Shown here: positions 50,676-61,282 of the stretch, one piece after another
Numbering within the stretch: position 1 is the first letter of the stretch
Layout: each line of letters begins with the position of its first letter
From: Promethearchaeota archaeon
GTDB lineage: Archaea; Asgardarchaeota; Thorarchaeia; Thorarchaeales; Thorarchaeaceae
Length of the DNA stretch: 64,000 nt
NCBI GenBank assembly: GCA_014728035.1
Contig: WJMJ01000059.1
Coordinates: forward strand, 1-64,000
Direction: 5' to 3'
Translations under genes and position numbers: made by a program
The notes under the pieces: model-generated
The model's input: the letters and a program-made list of their open reading frames with translations, nothing else
What the model was told of the DNA's origin: nothing
Databases searched by the model: none

Positions 50676-52796
50676 TTAGCTTTCCTCCTTTGTGCGGGCT
50701 TTTTTCTTTTTTCTCCTCTTCTCTAATTTTGCTATATCCTCCTTTCTTCCTGGGCAGTCAGTCCAATTGACGCATGTTTCCCAATTTCTTCTACCTGACT
50801 GTACTTTATACATTGAAAATCCACAATGTGGGCATTTTTTATCAAGTGGTGTGATTTTCCCCTTTTGGGGTAAGGGAAATGTCTGATCACATTTCGTTGC
50901 TTTGTAATTAGTGCATCCAACAAATCGTTTACCTGTTTTTGGTGATCGGATGATTATGAGCGTGCCATCTCCACATTTCGGACAAACGCCTAATTCTTGT
51001 TTCTCTTTCCAATATCTTTGCAATCCCTCTACTAGTGTTTGTCCGATTTCTTGTTCTTGTTGTTGGAATTCTTCTAATAATATGTTCAATTCTCGTTTAG
51101 CTCTTTCAAGAACATCTTTGTGATCTTTCTTTTCCTGTTGAATTTCCATCATTTCTTCTTCAAGCTGTCTTGTAAATTCGACAGACAATACCTGAGGCAC
51201 ATATGTTTCAAGTGTGTCCAGAGCCGCATAGCCCAATGTTGAAATCTCAAACGAATCATTCAAAGTATATCCTCTTGATTTAAGGGAGTCTACAATCCCA
51301 GAACGTGTTGACTTTGTACCTAGATTCTTTCGTTCAAGCACTTTTAGTAGACTTGATGGGTTGTATCTCGCTGGAGGAGATGTGAATTTGTCTTCTCGTT
51401 CCACTGTTGTTAGAGCGATTTCATCTCCCTTCTTAATGGGTGGCAAGGTCTTTTCTTTTGTGGATGCATATGGCTCATAGTATTTCATCCACCCACGTTT
51501 AACAATTCGCAAACCTCGAAGATACAGATTATGACTTCCCGAAACTAAGTTCGCCCTTATGCTTTGTTTTAGAGCAGGTTCTCCAAATAGAGCAAAAAAT
51601 CGTTTAATAACTAAATCGTAAAGTTTGCTTTCACTCGGTGTCAGCCTTGTGCTTGGTTTATTCCCTGTTGGATGAATCGCTGGATGTGCTGGGTCTTTTT
51701 TCTCGCCTTGTTGTGGAGTTAGTTTCCCAATTTCGAGTATTTCTTTTGCAGTCTTTGCATACTTCCTCCTATCTTGCAAATCCTTCAAAATCTGTTTAAT
51801 ATCGATGCTCTCAGGAATTTTTTGGCTATTTGTTCGAGGATATGAGATTAGCGCGTCAAGGTATAGTTTTTGTGCTAGAACAAGTGTTCTACTTGGCTTA
51901 AATCCGAAGTGTCGATATGCCTCTGATTGTAATCCGCTCAAGTTAAAGGGAACTGGTGGTGTTTGAGTGCGTTTTCTTTTGTCAATACTGTCAACTTCAG
52001 CAATTGAATTCTTTAGGTCATTTACAATTTGTGTTGCATCTGTGATTGTGTCGATTCGTTTTTCTCCATATTCAACATCAAATTCTGACCCTTGAAATGT
52101 ACCTTTTACTATAATCTTCCAATAGGGGTTTGGAACATATACATTGATGGCACAATCCCTCTCTGCAACAAATGTAAGTGTTGGACCTTGCACTCTTCCT
52201 GTTGATACAATTTTGAACCATCCAGTCACGTTCTTTATTGCAAGTGTTAGTGCTCTAGTCAGATTTATTCCGTAGAGCCAGTCAACCTTGTGTCTAACTT
52301 GACCAGCATCAATCATTGGAAAATCAAGCACTGAAAGATTTTCGTATGCCTTTGTAATGTCTGTTTTAGTCAGAGTTGAAAAAACCATTCTTTTTGCTTT
52401 ACTTGGGTCTGCTTTACAGGCATATACAAGGGACAGATATCCAATAAGACTCCCCTCAATATCATAATCTGTTGCTACTATGAAATGATCGATATTCTTT
52501 GCAAGTTTTTTCATTAGCGCTATTAGTGGCTTTGAGATTTTGTCTTTCTTGGATGCTTTATATTTTGGAACCCACTCTATTTCTGTTCTTGGATATTTCC
52601 AACCAGGTTCTGTCTGCTTCAATTCAAATAGATGTCCAATCGCATAGACAACAAAAAGAGTATCTTTACCTCTATCACATTCATAGTACGATACTTTTCG
52701 TTTCTTGATTTCTTTTGGTGGATTATTTTCTGAGAGTGCATGTGCAATCTTTTTTGCCGCTGTTGGCTTCTCTGTAATCACCATGATGTTGCTCAT
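50676..52796 (-). CDS. topA: Type IA DNA topoisomerase
   Basis: TEKP, ATDYDIEG, STGRVQGPTL, ISYPRT, AHPAIHPT, C-terminal Zn ribbons. Confidence 0.96.
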   Translation of the reverse strand: MSNIMVITEKPTAAKKIAHALSENNPPKEIKKRKVSYYECDRGKDTLFVVYAIGHLFELKQTEPGWKYPRTEIEWVPKYKASKKDKISKPLIALMKKLAKNIDHFIVATDYDIEGSLIGYLSLVYACKADPSKAKRMVFSTLTKTDITKAYENLSVLDFPMIDAGQVRHKVDWLYGINLTRALTLAIKNVTGWFKIVSTGRVQGPTLTFVAERDCAINVYVPNPYWKIIVKGTFQGSEFDVEYGEKRIDTITDATQIVNDLKNSIAEVDSIDKRKRTQTPPVPFNLSGLQSEAYRHFGFKPSRTLVLAQKLYLDALISYPRTNSQKIPESIDIKQILKDLQDRRKYAKTAKEILEIGKLTPQQGEKKDPAHPAIHPTGNKPSTRLTPSESKLYDLVIKRFFALFGEPALKQSIRANLVSGSHNLYLRGLRIVKRGWMKYYEPYASTKEKTLPPIKKGDEIALTTVEREDKFTSPPARYNPSSLLKVLERKNLGTKSTRSGIVDSLKSRGYTLNDSFEISTLGYAALDTLETYVPQVLSVEFTRQLEEEMMEIQQEKKDHKDVLERAKRELNILLEEFQQQEQEIGQTLVEGLQRYWKEKQELGVCPKCGDGTLIIIRSPKTGKRFVGCTNYKATKCDQTFPLPQKGKITPLDKKCPHCGFSMYKVQSGRRNWETCVNWTDCPGRKEDIAKLEKRRKKKKARTKEES

Positions 52797-52933
52797 ACTA
52801 ATCCGCCTTCTGAAATTCGTAGGAGGATTCTGTTCGCTAACTTAAAATTTTATATGTTTTGAGTTGGTACATTTTTGCACCTCGCGATAGTCTTAAAAGA
52901 GACCTCTTGTCCTGCTCGATTGAGGTCTAGAAT

Positions 52934-53356
52934 ATGACTGATAAGTGGCTCAGAATAATTGTCAAACCACAGGTGCGAATTGCAAGACCCCGATTTGGGG
53001 CTCCAACTCGGCCTCCAGCTATACTTTTGTTTGGAGTGGTCTTCATTACGGTCCTCTTCATTCTGGGCGGAAATATATACTCACTAGTCAATACACCTCC
53101 TCCAATTGCTAGTGGCTCCGATGGCTCTCCCATTTTAATTGCTCCTTCTATAGATGTTCAATTAGGAGTTGAAGGAATAGCTGCTTCAGTAATTCTTCTA
53201 GTAGGTGTGCTTGGTTTAGGCCTGATATTTTACGCTTCTAGATATGTATTCCAACCGGGGATGGCATGGCGTTTCATGGTATTAGGTATGATTATGTCCG
53301 GAGTAGCATATCTCTCAATTACCTATCTCTATTTGTTTAAGATTGGTCAATTGTAA
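52934..53356 (+). CDS. OST3/OST6-family (OSTC/DC2-like) oligosaccharyltransferase subunit homolog
   Basis: Three TM helices; GGNIY.LV..PP...Q...EGIAAS resembles DC2 GGIIYDVIVEPP...QYIMEGLASS. Confidence 0.7.
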   Translation: MTDKWLRIIVKPQVRIARPRFGAPTRPPAILLFGVVFITVLFILGGNIYSLVNTPPPIASGSDGSPILIAPSIDVQLGVEGIAASVILLVGVLGLGLIFYASRYVFQPGMAWRFMVLGMIMSGVAYLSITYLYLFKIGQL

Positions 53357-53388
53357 CACATTTCAAGCGTCGTTTGAAAGCGGCGCTT

Positions 53389-54093
53389 TCAACTCATTTT
53401 TACTATTTTCACTCCCTTTTTTATTTCGAGATATTCAATTAGGGATTTTGCTATTCTTAGCTTTTTCTGCTTTCTCGGACTTGCAGGGAAATGCATTTCG
53501 TGTTCTGGTTTTGACCATTTTCCCACCATTTTCCCAAAGTCCATTCCCAATAAGATGATTTTTTCTGGATTGTAGTGAGCAGCTATAAAGCAAGCTCTGT
53601 CACCATCGGTAAACCCACCCCATAATTGTACATTCTCAGTAGGCTTCACCTGTGTACTACCGAGCACTCGAGTGAATTCCGGAACATGTTTTTTAATAGT
53701 GGATATATTATCTCCGTGTGCATGTACGATTGGAATCGCCCCATTTTTTACCATTCTAGAAATCATTGTCACATCCCCATCTAAATCGGTAACAATGACA
53801 TCACACTGAATTTGATTGTCATAAAGGGCGGTAGTTGCTCCATCTGCAGAGATTATTATCACATCTTCCCTGTTTGGCATTTGCTCAAGATGCTTTTCAA
53901 GTGATGGTCCTGCACCACATACTGCGATTATTTTGCCGTTCAAAAGATCATCAAGGTTTTGCAACAGTGACTTGGAATCATGAATTCGAAGTAATTCGTC
54001 CAATATAGTGGTCGCTTGGAAATCCTGTTTGGGGTCAAGATTTAGTTGACTAACGATATCACAATAGATTGGTTTCCAGACACTCCATTTCAT
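53389..54093 (-). CDS. mptE: 6-hydroxymethyl-7,8-dihydropterin pyrophosphokinase MptE
   Basis: GAGPSL, ADGA, VTDLDG, HAHGDN, GGFTDGDRA, GMDFG. Confidence 0.9.
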   Translation of the reverse strand: MKWSVWKPIYCDIVSQLNLDPKQDFQATTILDELLRIHDSKSLLQNLDDLLNGKIIAVCGAGPSLEKHLEQMPNREDVIIISADGATTALYDNQIQCDVIVTDLDGDVTMISRMVKNGAIPIVHAHGDNISTIKKHVPEFTRVLGSTQVKPTENVQLWGGFTDGDRACFIAAHYNPEKIILLGMDFGKMVGKWSKPEHEMHFPASPRKQKKLRIAKSLIEYLEIKKGVKIVKMS

Positions 54094-54105
54094 ATTTTCA
54101 CTTCG

Positions 54106-55311
54106 CTATAGGTTTCTGATTTCTAGTAGGGTTTGAATTGAGGAACCTATCTTTTCCAGACCAAAATACCTCATTTTCTTGATTTTTCCAGCTAGTTTTT
54201 TCATATGCAAGAGAGTTCCCATTAGAATCACATCAGTACGATCTATTTTCGAATCAATTGTGTCATGATGATATGCAGCATCTCCTCCGAGTGCAAGCAT
54301 TTCTTGTTTGAGTATCAGTGCTCCTGGAATACTCACTTGTCTGATATGAATAGAAATATGAATCATTTTCTTAGCAAGTGCTTTGATTATCCCTTTTCCC
54401 GTCCCGACATATTCGAGTAATATTTTTGCTTTGTATTTATCATGAATCTCCAATATTTGGGCGTCATTGTGAGATATGGTTGTTTGATGCCGCATTCCAA
54501 ATCCAATCTTACTTGCCTGAAATGCTTCGAGAACATCATGCGCACGTATTACATCCGCTCCGTTAGCGACAGCAATGGATGTTGCAGCAATTGTACCAAT
54601 CAGTCGCTCCTCTGGGTCTGGTTGGTCTAAAATGGTACCGATGAATGCTTTCCGTGATACTCCAACAAGTAGTGGATGGCCTAACATCTTGAATGTATCC
54701 AGATTTTTAAGCAATGTAATATCAAAATCCATGGGTTTTCCAAATCCAATACCTGGATCTATAATTATTTTTCCAGAATCAACATTTTCTCGTGTAGCGA
54801 TTTCCAAGCTTCTTTTTATTTGGTTAAGAGTATTTGCCAAGCTTTGTTTTCCTGTTGATGGATTTGCCATTAATACGACGGGAACATCGTATTCCGCAAC
54901 AAGTTTCGCCATTCTTGGATCTCCTTGAAATCCTGAAACGTCGTTTACAATATCTATTCCATAATCAAGAGCTACCTCAACTACTTCTGCTGAAGTTGTA
55001 TCTATTGAAACTGGAATATCTGTTACACTTTTGATAACTTCCAGTCCTTGAGCAATTCTTTTAGATTCTTTTTCAATTTCTACTTTTGAGGTACCATAGA
55101 TTTCTTTTGGTGCGGTGGAGGCTCCTCCAACATCGATTATAGCGACTTGCTCTTTGATCATCTCTTCAACTCTTCTTATCAGATGTGTTTCGTCTTTCTC
55201 TACAGATTGTTGATAGAATGACTCTGGCGAGAGATTGATTACTCCCATTACTTTAGGTTCGTTTTCTCCTCCGACCGCAATTTGTCCAATTTTGACCTCA
55301 TTAGACCTCAT
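54106..55311 (-). CDS. folP: Dihydropteroate synthase with extra C-terminal domain
   Basis: VMGVINLSPESF, SIDT, NDVSG, IDPGIGFGK, GVSRKAF, RAHDV. Confidence 0.92.
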   Translation of the reverse strand: MRSNEVKIGQIAVGGENEPKVMGVINLSPESFYQQSVEKDETHLIRRVEEMIKEQVAIIDVGGASTAPKEIYGTSKVEIEKESKRIAQGLEVIKSVTDIPVSIDTTSAEVVEVALDYGIDIVNDVSGFQGDPRMAKLVAEYDVPVVLMANPSTGKQSLANTLNQIKRSLEIATRENVDSGKIIIDPGIGFGKPMDFDITLLKNLDTFKMLGHPLLVGVSRKAFIGTILDQPDPEERLIGTIAATSIAVANGADVIRAHDVLEAFQASKIGFGMRHQTTISHNDAQILEIHDKYKAKILLEYVGTGKGIIKALAKKMIHISIHIRQVSIPGALILKQEMLALGGDAAYHHDTIDSKIDRTDVILMGTLLHMKKLAGKIKKMRYFGLEKIGSSIQTLLEIRNL

Positions 55312-55397
55312 TTTATTTCACCTGATATTTAGGTTGAATGGAAGAACATAAAACATAGCGTATTTGTTTCAACACGCGTCTATTGTGGTGAATACCT

Positions 55398-56543
55398 ATG
55401 AGCAATAACCTAGAGCGAACTCATCTTTATGATTGGCACAACCAAAATGGCAGTGTAGTTCCTTTTGCTGGATGGGAGATGCCAGTCCGATACTCTGACA
55501 TTCGTGAAGAACATATGGCTGTACGTGAAAATGTTGGTATCTTTGATACCACTCATATGTTTCGTTTCTTTATCAGCGGTCCCGATGCTGTTGCTTTTCT
55601 ACAGTTTCTGACAACTAACAATGTACGAAAACTCGAAGTAAATGATGGTCACTACTCCACATGTTTGAATGAAGACGGGGGCACTCTTGATGACCTTATG
55701 CTTTATCGCGTTGGAGAGCAAGAATTCATCTGGGTTACAAATGCTGCAAATGGCCCGAAAATTTTCAAACATATGAAGTCTCATGCTGATAAATATGATG
55801 TGACTGTTGAAGACCGTTCCAGAAATGTTGTTATGATAGCGGTTCAGGGTCCCAAGGCCTTATCCTTACTAAATAAAATAACATCCGTTGATGCAACCCA
55901 ATATTCGCGTTTTACCTGTAATCCAGTTTCTATAGGTGATTATAGATGTTATCTCTGCCGAACTGGCTACACTGGTGAAGATGGTGGTGAGATCCTTCTA
56001 TTAGACACCCCATTTGATGAATCTGGAAAGAAACGAGCTACCGAGTTTTGGGAGATGCTTCTTGAGGAAGGAAAAGAATATGGCGTACAACCCTGTGGTC
56101 TTGGCGCGCGTGATTCAACACGACTTGAGGCAGGCTTTGTTCTATATGGGCACGAACTTGATGAAGAAACTTCTCCGATAGAAGCAAAAATTCCTTATGC
56201 TGTGAAATTCAAAGTAGATCCCCATTATATAGGGTATGATGTTGTCAAGTCACATAAGAAAGAAGGGGTTTCTAAGACACGAATAGGACTAGTGATGATT
56301 GATCGTGGAATTCCCCGAGAAAATTATCCAGTTTTACTTAATGATACCGAGATTGGAATAACTACAAGTGGTGGTTTTTCACCAGTACTCGAAAAAGGCA
56401 TTGCGTTGGCATATGTACCTCCTGATGTGGTGGAAATCGGGGATACCGTCCATATCAAAATTAGAGGAAGATCTAGAAAAGCTGAAGTTGTAAGTTGGCC
56501 ATTTTACGATCCTGATAAATATGGTTCCACTAGAAAAGAGTAG
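55398..56543 (+). CDS. gcvT: Glycine cleavage system aminomethyltransferase T
   Basis: FAGWEMP, RTGYTGEDG, GLGARDSTRLEAG. Confidence 0.96.
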   Translation: MSNNLERTHLYDWHNQNGSVVPFAGWEMPVRYSDIREEHMAVRENVGIFDTTHMFRFFISGPDAVAFLQFLTTNNVRKLEVNDGHYSTCLNEDGGTLDDLMLYRVGEQEFIWVTNAANGPKIFKHMKSHADKYDVTVEDRSRNVVMIAVQGPKALSLLNKITSVDATQYSRFTCNPVSIGDYRCYLCRTGYTGEDGGEILLLDTPFDESGKKRATEFWEMLLEEGKEYGVQPCGLGARDSTRLEAGFVLYGHELDEETSPIEAKIPYAVKFKVDPHYIGYDVVKSHKKEGVSKTRIGLVMIDRGIPRENYPVLLNDTEIGITTSGGFSPVLEKGIALAYVPPDVVEIGDTVHIKIRGRSRKAEVVSWPFYDPDKYGSTRKE

Positions 56544-56596
56544 AATGGAAACTGTTTAATTGATGTACTTGATATGAAAGACGACGGTAGATAGCA

Positions 56597-56992
56597 ATGA
56601 CCGAATCAAAGGTTTTAGACGGATTGCGCTATAGCAAAGAACACGAATGGGCAAAAGAGGAGAATGGTCTGATTGTGGTCGGAATATCCGATTATGCTCA
56701 GGAATCTATCCATGAGATTACTTTTATTGAAGTGTCTGAAGAAGGCACTGTGGTTGATGCAGGAGGCGAATGTGGATTAATTGAATCCATGAAGGCATCT
56801 TCCAGTATTTACTCTCCAGTCGCTGGTGAAATTGTTGAGGTTAATGAAGAGCTCGAAGTAGCTCCTGAGATAGTCAATGAAGATCCTTATGGAAAAGGAT
56901 GGCTTTACAAAATCAAACCATCAAACAAGGATGCTGACCTTGAAGCTCTAATGAACAGTGATGAGTACACCTCATACATTGAGTCGTTGTAA
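56597..56992 (+). CDS. gcvH: Glycine cleavage system H protein
   Basis: YSKEHEW, GISDYAQ, IESMKA lipoyl-Lys, VNEDPYGKGW. Confidence 0.96.
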   Translation: MTESKVLDGLRYSKEHEWAKEENGLIVVGISDYAQESIHEITFIEVSEEGTVVDAGGECGLIESMKASSSIYSPVAGEIVEVNEELEVAPEIVNEDPYGKGWLYKIKPSNKDADLEALMNSDEYTSYIESL

Positions 56993-56999
56993 ATTTAGG

Positions 57000-57033
57000 A
57001 AGGGGAGTTCCATCCCCTTTTTGTTTTCTTTTT
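57000..57033 (+). terminator. Hairpin plus U-tract after gcvH
   Basis: AAGGGGA-gttcca-TCCCCTT followed by T-rich run. Confidence 0.6.
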
Positions 57034-57142
57034 CATCAAATTCATTTATTCTGATAGGTCTCTTATACAACTAACGGCAACCTTTAAAGCACATCTAAGA
57101 TTGAACCGCTTGCATTCGAAGTCCGAATGGAGAGAACACTAT

Positions 57143-59905
57143 ATGTCAGGCTTCAATAAGTTCAAGAGATCATCTGAAAGATTCCTACGAAAGGTTTTCC
57201 ACAAACCGAAAGCAGAGATATCCCGCGGCTCGATTCTATTAGTGTTGGCACTCTCGATTATCTTCTTTGCAGCTCTGGGTCTTCGAGTATTCTCGTTATT
57301 AGACTCGCAGCCAATCGTGCGCGCGTTTGACCCATGGTTTCAATTGAAGGTTACAGAATATGTGTCCGACAATGGATTTGCCGCATTTTTCACATGGTAT
57401 GATGACACCACTTGGGTTCCATATGGTAGAGATATTGCTAGAACTACCTATATTGGTGTACCTTTTACAACTGCAGCATTCTATACATTGCTAAGTGGAC
57501 TCGGAATAAGTGTTGATATCATCACTGTTGCACTAGTTGTTCCTGCAGTTATGGGCGCTATGACCGTTTTTGTGGCATTCTTATTGGGTCGAGAGGCTTA
57601 CAACAATTCAGTAGGGTTACTAAGTGCTTTGTTTCTAGCTTTCATGCCTGCTTTCCTTCAGAGAACAATCGCTGGATTCTATGATAATGAATTCATTGGG
57701 GTCTTTGCAATTACTCTTTCATTATACTTCTTTATTAGAAGTATCAAGCGAGGATCACTTCCATCCGCAGTTGCAGCTGGATTGTCAGTTGCTTATCTTC
57801 AAGTATCATGGGGTGCTTCTGATTTCCTTACAGCTCTATTTGCTTTGTATGCGTTCTTCATGCTCATCTCTGGGAAATACAATACTCGTGTTCTTACTGC
57901 ATATCTTCCCACTCTCGCAATTGGGATGTTTGTTGGTGGATTAATTCCCCGGAATGGATTTGGAGACCTCACATCTTTCTCAACATTAGCTCCTATTGGA
58001 GTGGCTGGATTACTCGTGTTTTATGAAATTTGGATGCGGGTTCAGACACAAAGAGAAGCAACTGCGGTTGCTCTTGCTCCATACATGCGTCCGCTTCTTG
58101 CCGGAATAATTACACCTGTGATTGGCGTAGGTGCATATATGGCATATAGCAGTAGTAATGAGCTATCAATTGCCACTTCTAATCCCAACCCATTCTTGAC
58201 TATTGGTGGTAAATTCCTTACTGTTGTGAATCCATTCTATCGTTTAGACCAACGGATATTTGCATCTGTTGCCGAGCATCTTCCAAGCCCATGGGGAAGT
58301 TTCTATTACACACTACTTCTTCTAATCTTCTTCTTCCCACTTGGAATGTATTTTGCATTTCGTAGGGGCCGTGATGAAGATTGGTTGTTATTACTTTACG
58401 GTGTAGTTGCAGTGTACTTCACGGGCAGTATGATCCGACTAAGTTTGGTACTAGCACCTGGTGTAGCAATTCTTGCAGCTATTGCAGTAAACGGAATTCT
58501 CCAACCATTTGCTAAGGTTGTTACTGAGAATACTGTCTTTGAACGAAGAAGATTTAGAATGAGTGCATCTCTTACATCTGAACATGCTCTTGCTGCATTC
58601 TTCTTCATAGGTATTTTGCTTTCTGTTAACGTCTATATGGGAGCTCAATATGCTACTCAAGGTGTAAATCAACCTGAATTTGCACTTGCCCCACTATCAA
58701 GTCCAGGACAGGTTACTGATTGGCAGACAGCTATGACATATGTTCGTAACGTTCTTCCCGAAACTGCTGTAATTGGAAGCTGGTGGGATTATGGTTATTG
58801 GATAAATGGTGCTGGTGGAAAGGATACCATTGTAGATAATGCGACGTTTAATCAAACGCAAATTGCATTGATGGGGTACGCATTGATGGCTCTTAATCTG
58901 ACCGAGTCTCTTAAGACCTTTAGTCAGTGGAATACCACACATGTTCTTGTTTATTGGGGTCACCGCTTGAATTACTTTGGTGGTGACGAAGGTAAATGGC
59001 CATGGATGGTTAGAATTGCAGAAGATAGACTCGGCACAAGTGTGATAGATGATGCCACCTATCTTGGTGACGATCCAGACACACCTCAAGAAGAAACCGA
59101 GGCTGCACAAGAGGCATTCTACCAGTCTACTCTATACAAGTTGCTAACATATGGTGAACCAGTATCGGCCGAACAGGCTCAAAGTATGGGTCTTCCTGAC
59201 GGAAGAGTTTCAGTAGATACTGCAGATGGAAGCTATCTATCCGATCCTGATTGGACTTCCCATATTCCGAGAAGTCTCTATGGTGCGTTCAAGGGTCCAT
59301 ACTATAGTTCTTCATATGGTATAGTGAAAATCTATGAAATTGATTATACCATGTACTATCAGTACCTTAACAAGACCAAGGCTGATTACACACCCCTCAG
59401 AGGATCTCTGGAAGATGTGAATTTGGATGGGAACCTATCAGAAACAGAACAGAGTTATGATAGCTTTGATGTAGTCTTTGGTGGAGGTTACGATGCTACA
59501 GTATATTCCCAGTCAAATGGAACCCATATGTATTATGGAATCAAAATGGATAACTATACAGTGGGAGATGACTCAATCGGATTTCAATTTGCTCCCGCTG
59601 ACTCCAAAACCAGAACGGATCTCCGAATTGTAGATTATGCTGGTGAAGACTACTACGATGGCTACACTGACTATACTGGTGATTGGAATACAGACTCAAC
59701 TGGATCCAATCCTGAAGAAGTAGCGAAAAGCGATGGATTCATTGAGTATCTTATACCTTTGGATTCTGACGAGTCACAGGACCAAAACATGGAACCCGGA
59801 ATGAACTATCAGCTTCGTCTTCTCTTTTGGAACAACAGGAACAGTGGAGAACCGACTTATGCCTCAAACTGGGGTACTATTTGGATTCCAGTAATCCTCT
59901 ACTAA
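57143..59905 (+). CDS. aglB: Oligosaccharyltransferase AglB/STT3
   Basis: FDPWF, GFYDNE, SVAEH, WWDYGY, DEGKWPWMVRI. Confidence 0.96.
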   Translation: MSGFNKFKRSSERFLRKVFHKPKAEISRGSILLVLALSIIFFAALGLRVFSLLDSQPIVRAFDPWFQLKVTEYVSDNGFAAFFTWYDDTTWVPYGRDIARTTYIGVPFTTAAFYTLLSGLGISVDIITVALVVPAVMGAMTVFVAFLLGREAYNNSVGLLSALFLAFMPAFLQRTIAGFYDNEFIGVFAITLSLYFFIRSIKRGSLPSAVAAGLSVAYLQVSWGASDFLTALFALYAFFMLISGKYNTRVLTAYLPTLAIGMFVGGLIPRNGFGDLTSFSTLAPIGVAGLLVFYEIWMRVQTQREATAVALAPYMRPLLAGIITPVIGVGAYMAYSSSNELSIATSNPNPFLTIGGKFLTVVNPFYRLDQRIFASVAEHLPSPWGSFYYTLLLLIFFFPLGMYFAFRRGRDEDWLLLLYGVVAVYFTGSMIRLSLVLAPGVAILAAIAVNGILQPFAKVVTENTVFERRRFRMSASLTSEHALAAFFFIGILLSVNVYMGAQYATQGVNQPEFALAPLSSPGQVTDWQTAMTYVRNVLPETAVIGSWWDYGYWINGAGGKDTIVDNATFNQTQIALMGYALMALNLTESLKTFSQWNTTHVLVYWGHRLNYFGGDEGKWPWMVRIAEDRLGTSVIDDATYLGDDPDTPQEETEAAQEAFYQSTLYKLLTYGEPVSAEQAQSMGLPDGRVSVDTADGSYLSDPDWTSHIPRSLYGAFKGPYYSSSYGIVKIYEIDYTMYYQYLNKTKADYTPLRGSLEDVNLDGNLSETEQSYDSFDVVFGGGYDATVYSQSNGTHMYYGIKMDNYTVGDDSIGFQFAPADSKTRTDLRIVDYAGEDYYDGYTDYTGDWNTDSTGSNPEEVAKSDGFIEYLIPLDSDESQDQNMEPGMNYQLRLLFWNNRNSGEPTYASNWGTIWIPVILY

Positions 59906-59914
59906 ATATGATTG

Positions 59915-59951
59915 GACGAGTGGATTGAATCCATTCGTCATTCTCTTTTTT
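59915..59951 (+). terminator. Hairpin plus U-tract after aglB
   Basis: GACGAGTGGAT-tga-ATCCATTCGTC followed by TTCTCTTTTTT. Confidence 0.6.
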
Positions 59952-60065
59952 AATTATCTTAGAATGTCTGTGAGTTAGATATGACTATAATCATTAAAAA
60001 ACGGGTTAAACTGTTTCAAACCACACAGACACAATTTCTGTAAATGATGTTTATCTGACTTTTTG

Positions 60066-60239
60066 TCATTTGGAATGAATTCGTGCCTTCTTTTTGGCTT
60101 TGCGTCGATATTTCCCGTATTTATCTTCTGGGCTATATTTAGGTGGTGTTGGATCGCCTACTTTGCCTCCACATTTCGGGCACTCTTTATCTTCTAAGGT
60201 ATATGTACTACATTTTACACATTTATGAAGCTGATTCAT
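60066..60239 (-). CDS. nop10: H/ACA RNP protein Nop10
   Basis: CVKCSTYTL...CPKCG...PPKYSPEDKYGKYRR. Confidence 0.94.
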   Translation of the reverse strand: MNQLHKCVKCSTYTLEDKECPKCGGKVGDPTPPKYSPEDKYGKYRRKAKKKARIHSK

Positions 60240-60244
60240 ACTCG

Positions 60245-61051
60245 TCAATCCTTTCTCTCAAAATTAGCTTTGCCACCTTCTTTTTCTACTAATGTGGTGA
60301 CTTCTTCGCGAATTGCAGAGAGTAAATCTTCTCCATCTTTGTAATCTGGACTTGTAATTCTGATTTTGTATCTTGGAGCTCCAAGTGTGTATATTTCAAC
60401 AGATGATTTATCGTCTTTTTTTCCAATTTCAAGGCCTTTGGTAAGGGCTTCTCTAATAACTTCAACGCCTCTCGACCCAGGGACTTGGATGGTGAAATCG
60501 CCATCAATCTCTACTGAGGGTATTTCAATGCGAGATTCTGCTAATTCGGAGATCTTTTCTTTTAGTTTCTTGTCAGCATCAATTTCATCAAGTGCGGAAA
60601 TACCAATATCAGCGATACGCTCCAATCCTGTATAGATTTCTCCAAAGTAGTCTTCCATTGGCCAACCTATTGCTTCATACACCTCTTCCAGAGACATATC
60701 ACTATCTTTTGCAATAAGCTCCAATAGCTTCTCTGCTTTTTGAGATCGTTTCCATTCGTTATTCTTAGCTTTTTTGGCTTCTGCTGATACTCTTCTTAGT
60801 GAACAGTCAATATGTTCCTTATAGCTATCCACCTTGAGAACTCTAACAACTATTCTTTGATTCTCTTGGATGTGATTTCTGATGTTCCTTACCCACGTGC
60901 TGCTGACCTCGGAGATGTGAATGAATCCCTCTTTATCTCCGTATTCTGGTAACATCACATATGCTCCATATGGAGTAACTTTGGATGCTACTGCTACAAC
61001 ATATTCGTCTGGATTGGGCCATTCTGCACGTTTCAAGACCATTCTTTTCAT
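60245..61051 (-). CDS. eif2a: Translation initiation factor aIF2 alpha
   Basis: YGAYV.L.EY..KEGFIHISE S1 domain; GAPRY.I. Confidence 0.96.
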   Translation of the reverse strand: MKRMVLKRAEWPNPDEYVVAVASKVTPYGAYVMLPEYGDKEGFIHISEVSSTWVRNIRNHIQENQRIVVRVLKVDSYKEHIDCSLRRVSAEAKKAKNNEWKRSQKAEKLLELIAKDSDMSLEEVYEAIGWPMEDYFGEIYTGLERIADIGISALDEIDADKKLKEKISELAESRIEIPSVEIDGDFTIQVPGSRGVEVIREALTKGLEIGKKDDKSSVEIYTLGAPRYKIRITSPDYKDGEDLLSAIREEVTTLVEKEGGKANFERKD

Positions 61052-61081
61052 TTGCCTCCAATTATCTGTTACTTAGTTTTC

Positions 61082-61282
61082 TCATGAAAACTGTTCTAGC
61101 TCTCTGGCAATGGGCATTAATCTTGCTTTTCCACCCCGAGGTTTGGCAAGAACTTTATCACATTTCAAACATTTTACTTCTGTACTAACACTACCAAATA
61201 TTATCTGTTCATTTTCGCAGTCAAGGCATTGGACCTTGATGAATTTGGATCGTGGTTGTTGAACTATTTCACCTTTCGTCAA
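61082..61282 (-). CDS. rps27e: 30S ribosomal protein S27e
   Basis: PRSKFIKVQCLDC.NEQIIF...CLKC..VLAKPRGGKA. Confidence 0.95.
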   Translation of the reverse strand: MTKGEIVQQPRSKFIKVQCLDCENEQIIFGSVSTEVKCLKCDKVLAKPRGGKARLMPIARELEQFS

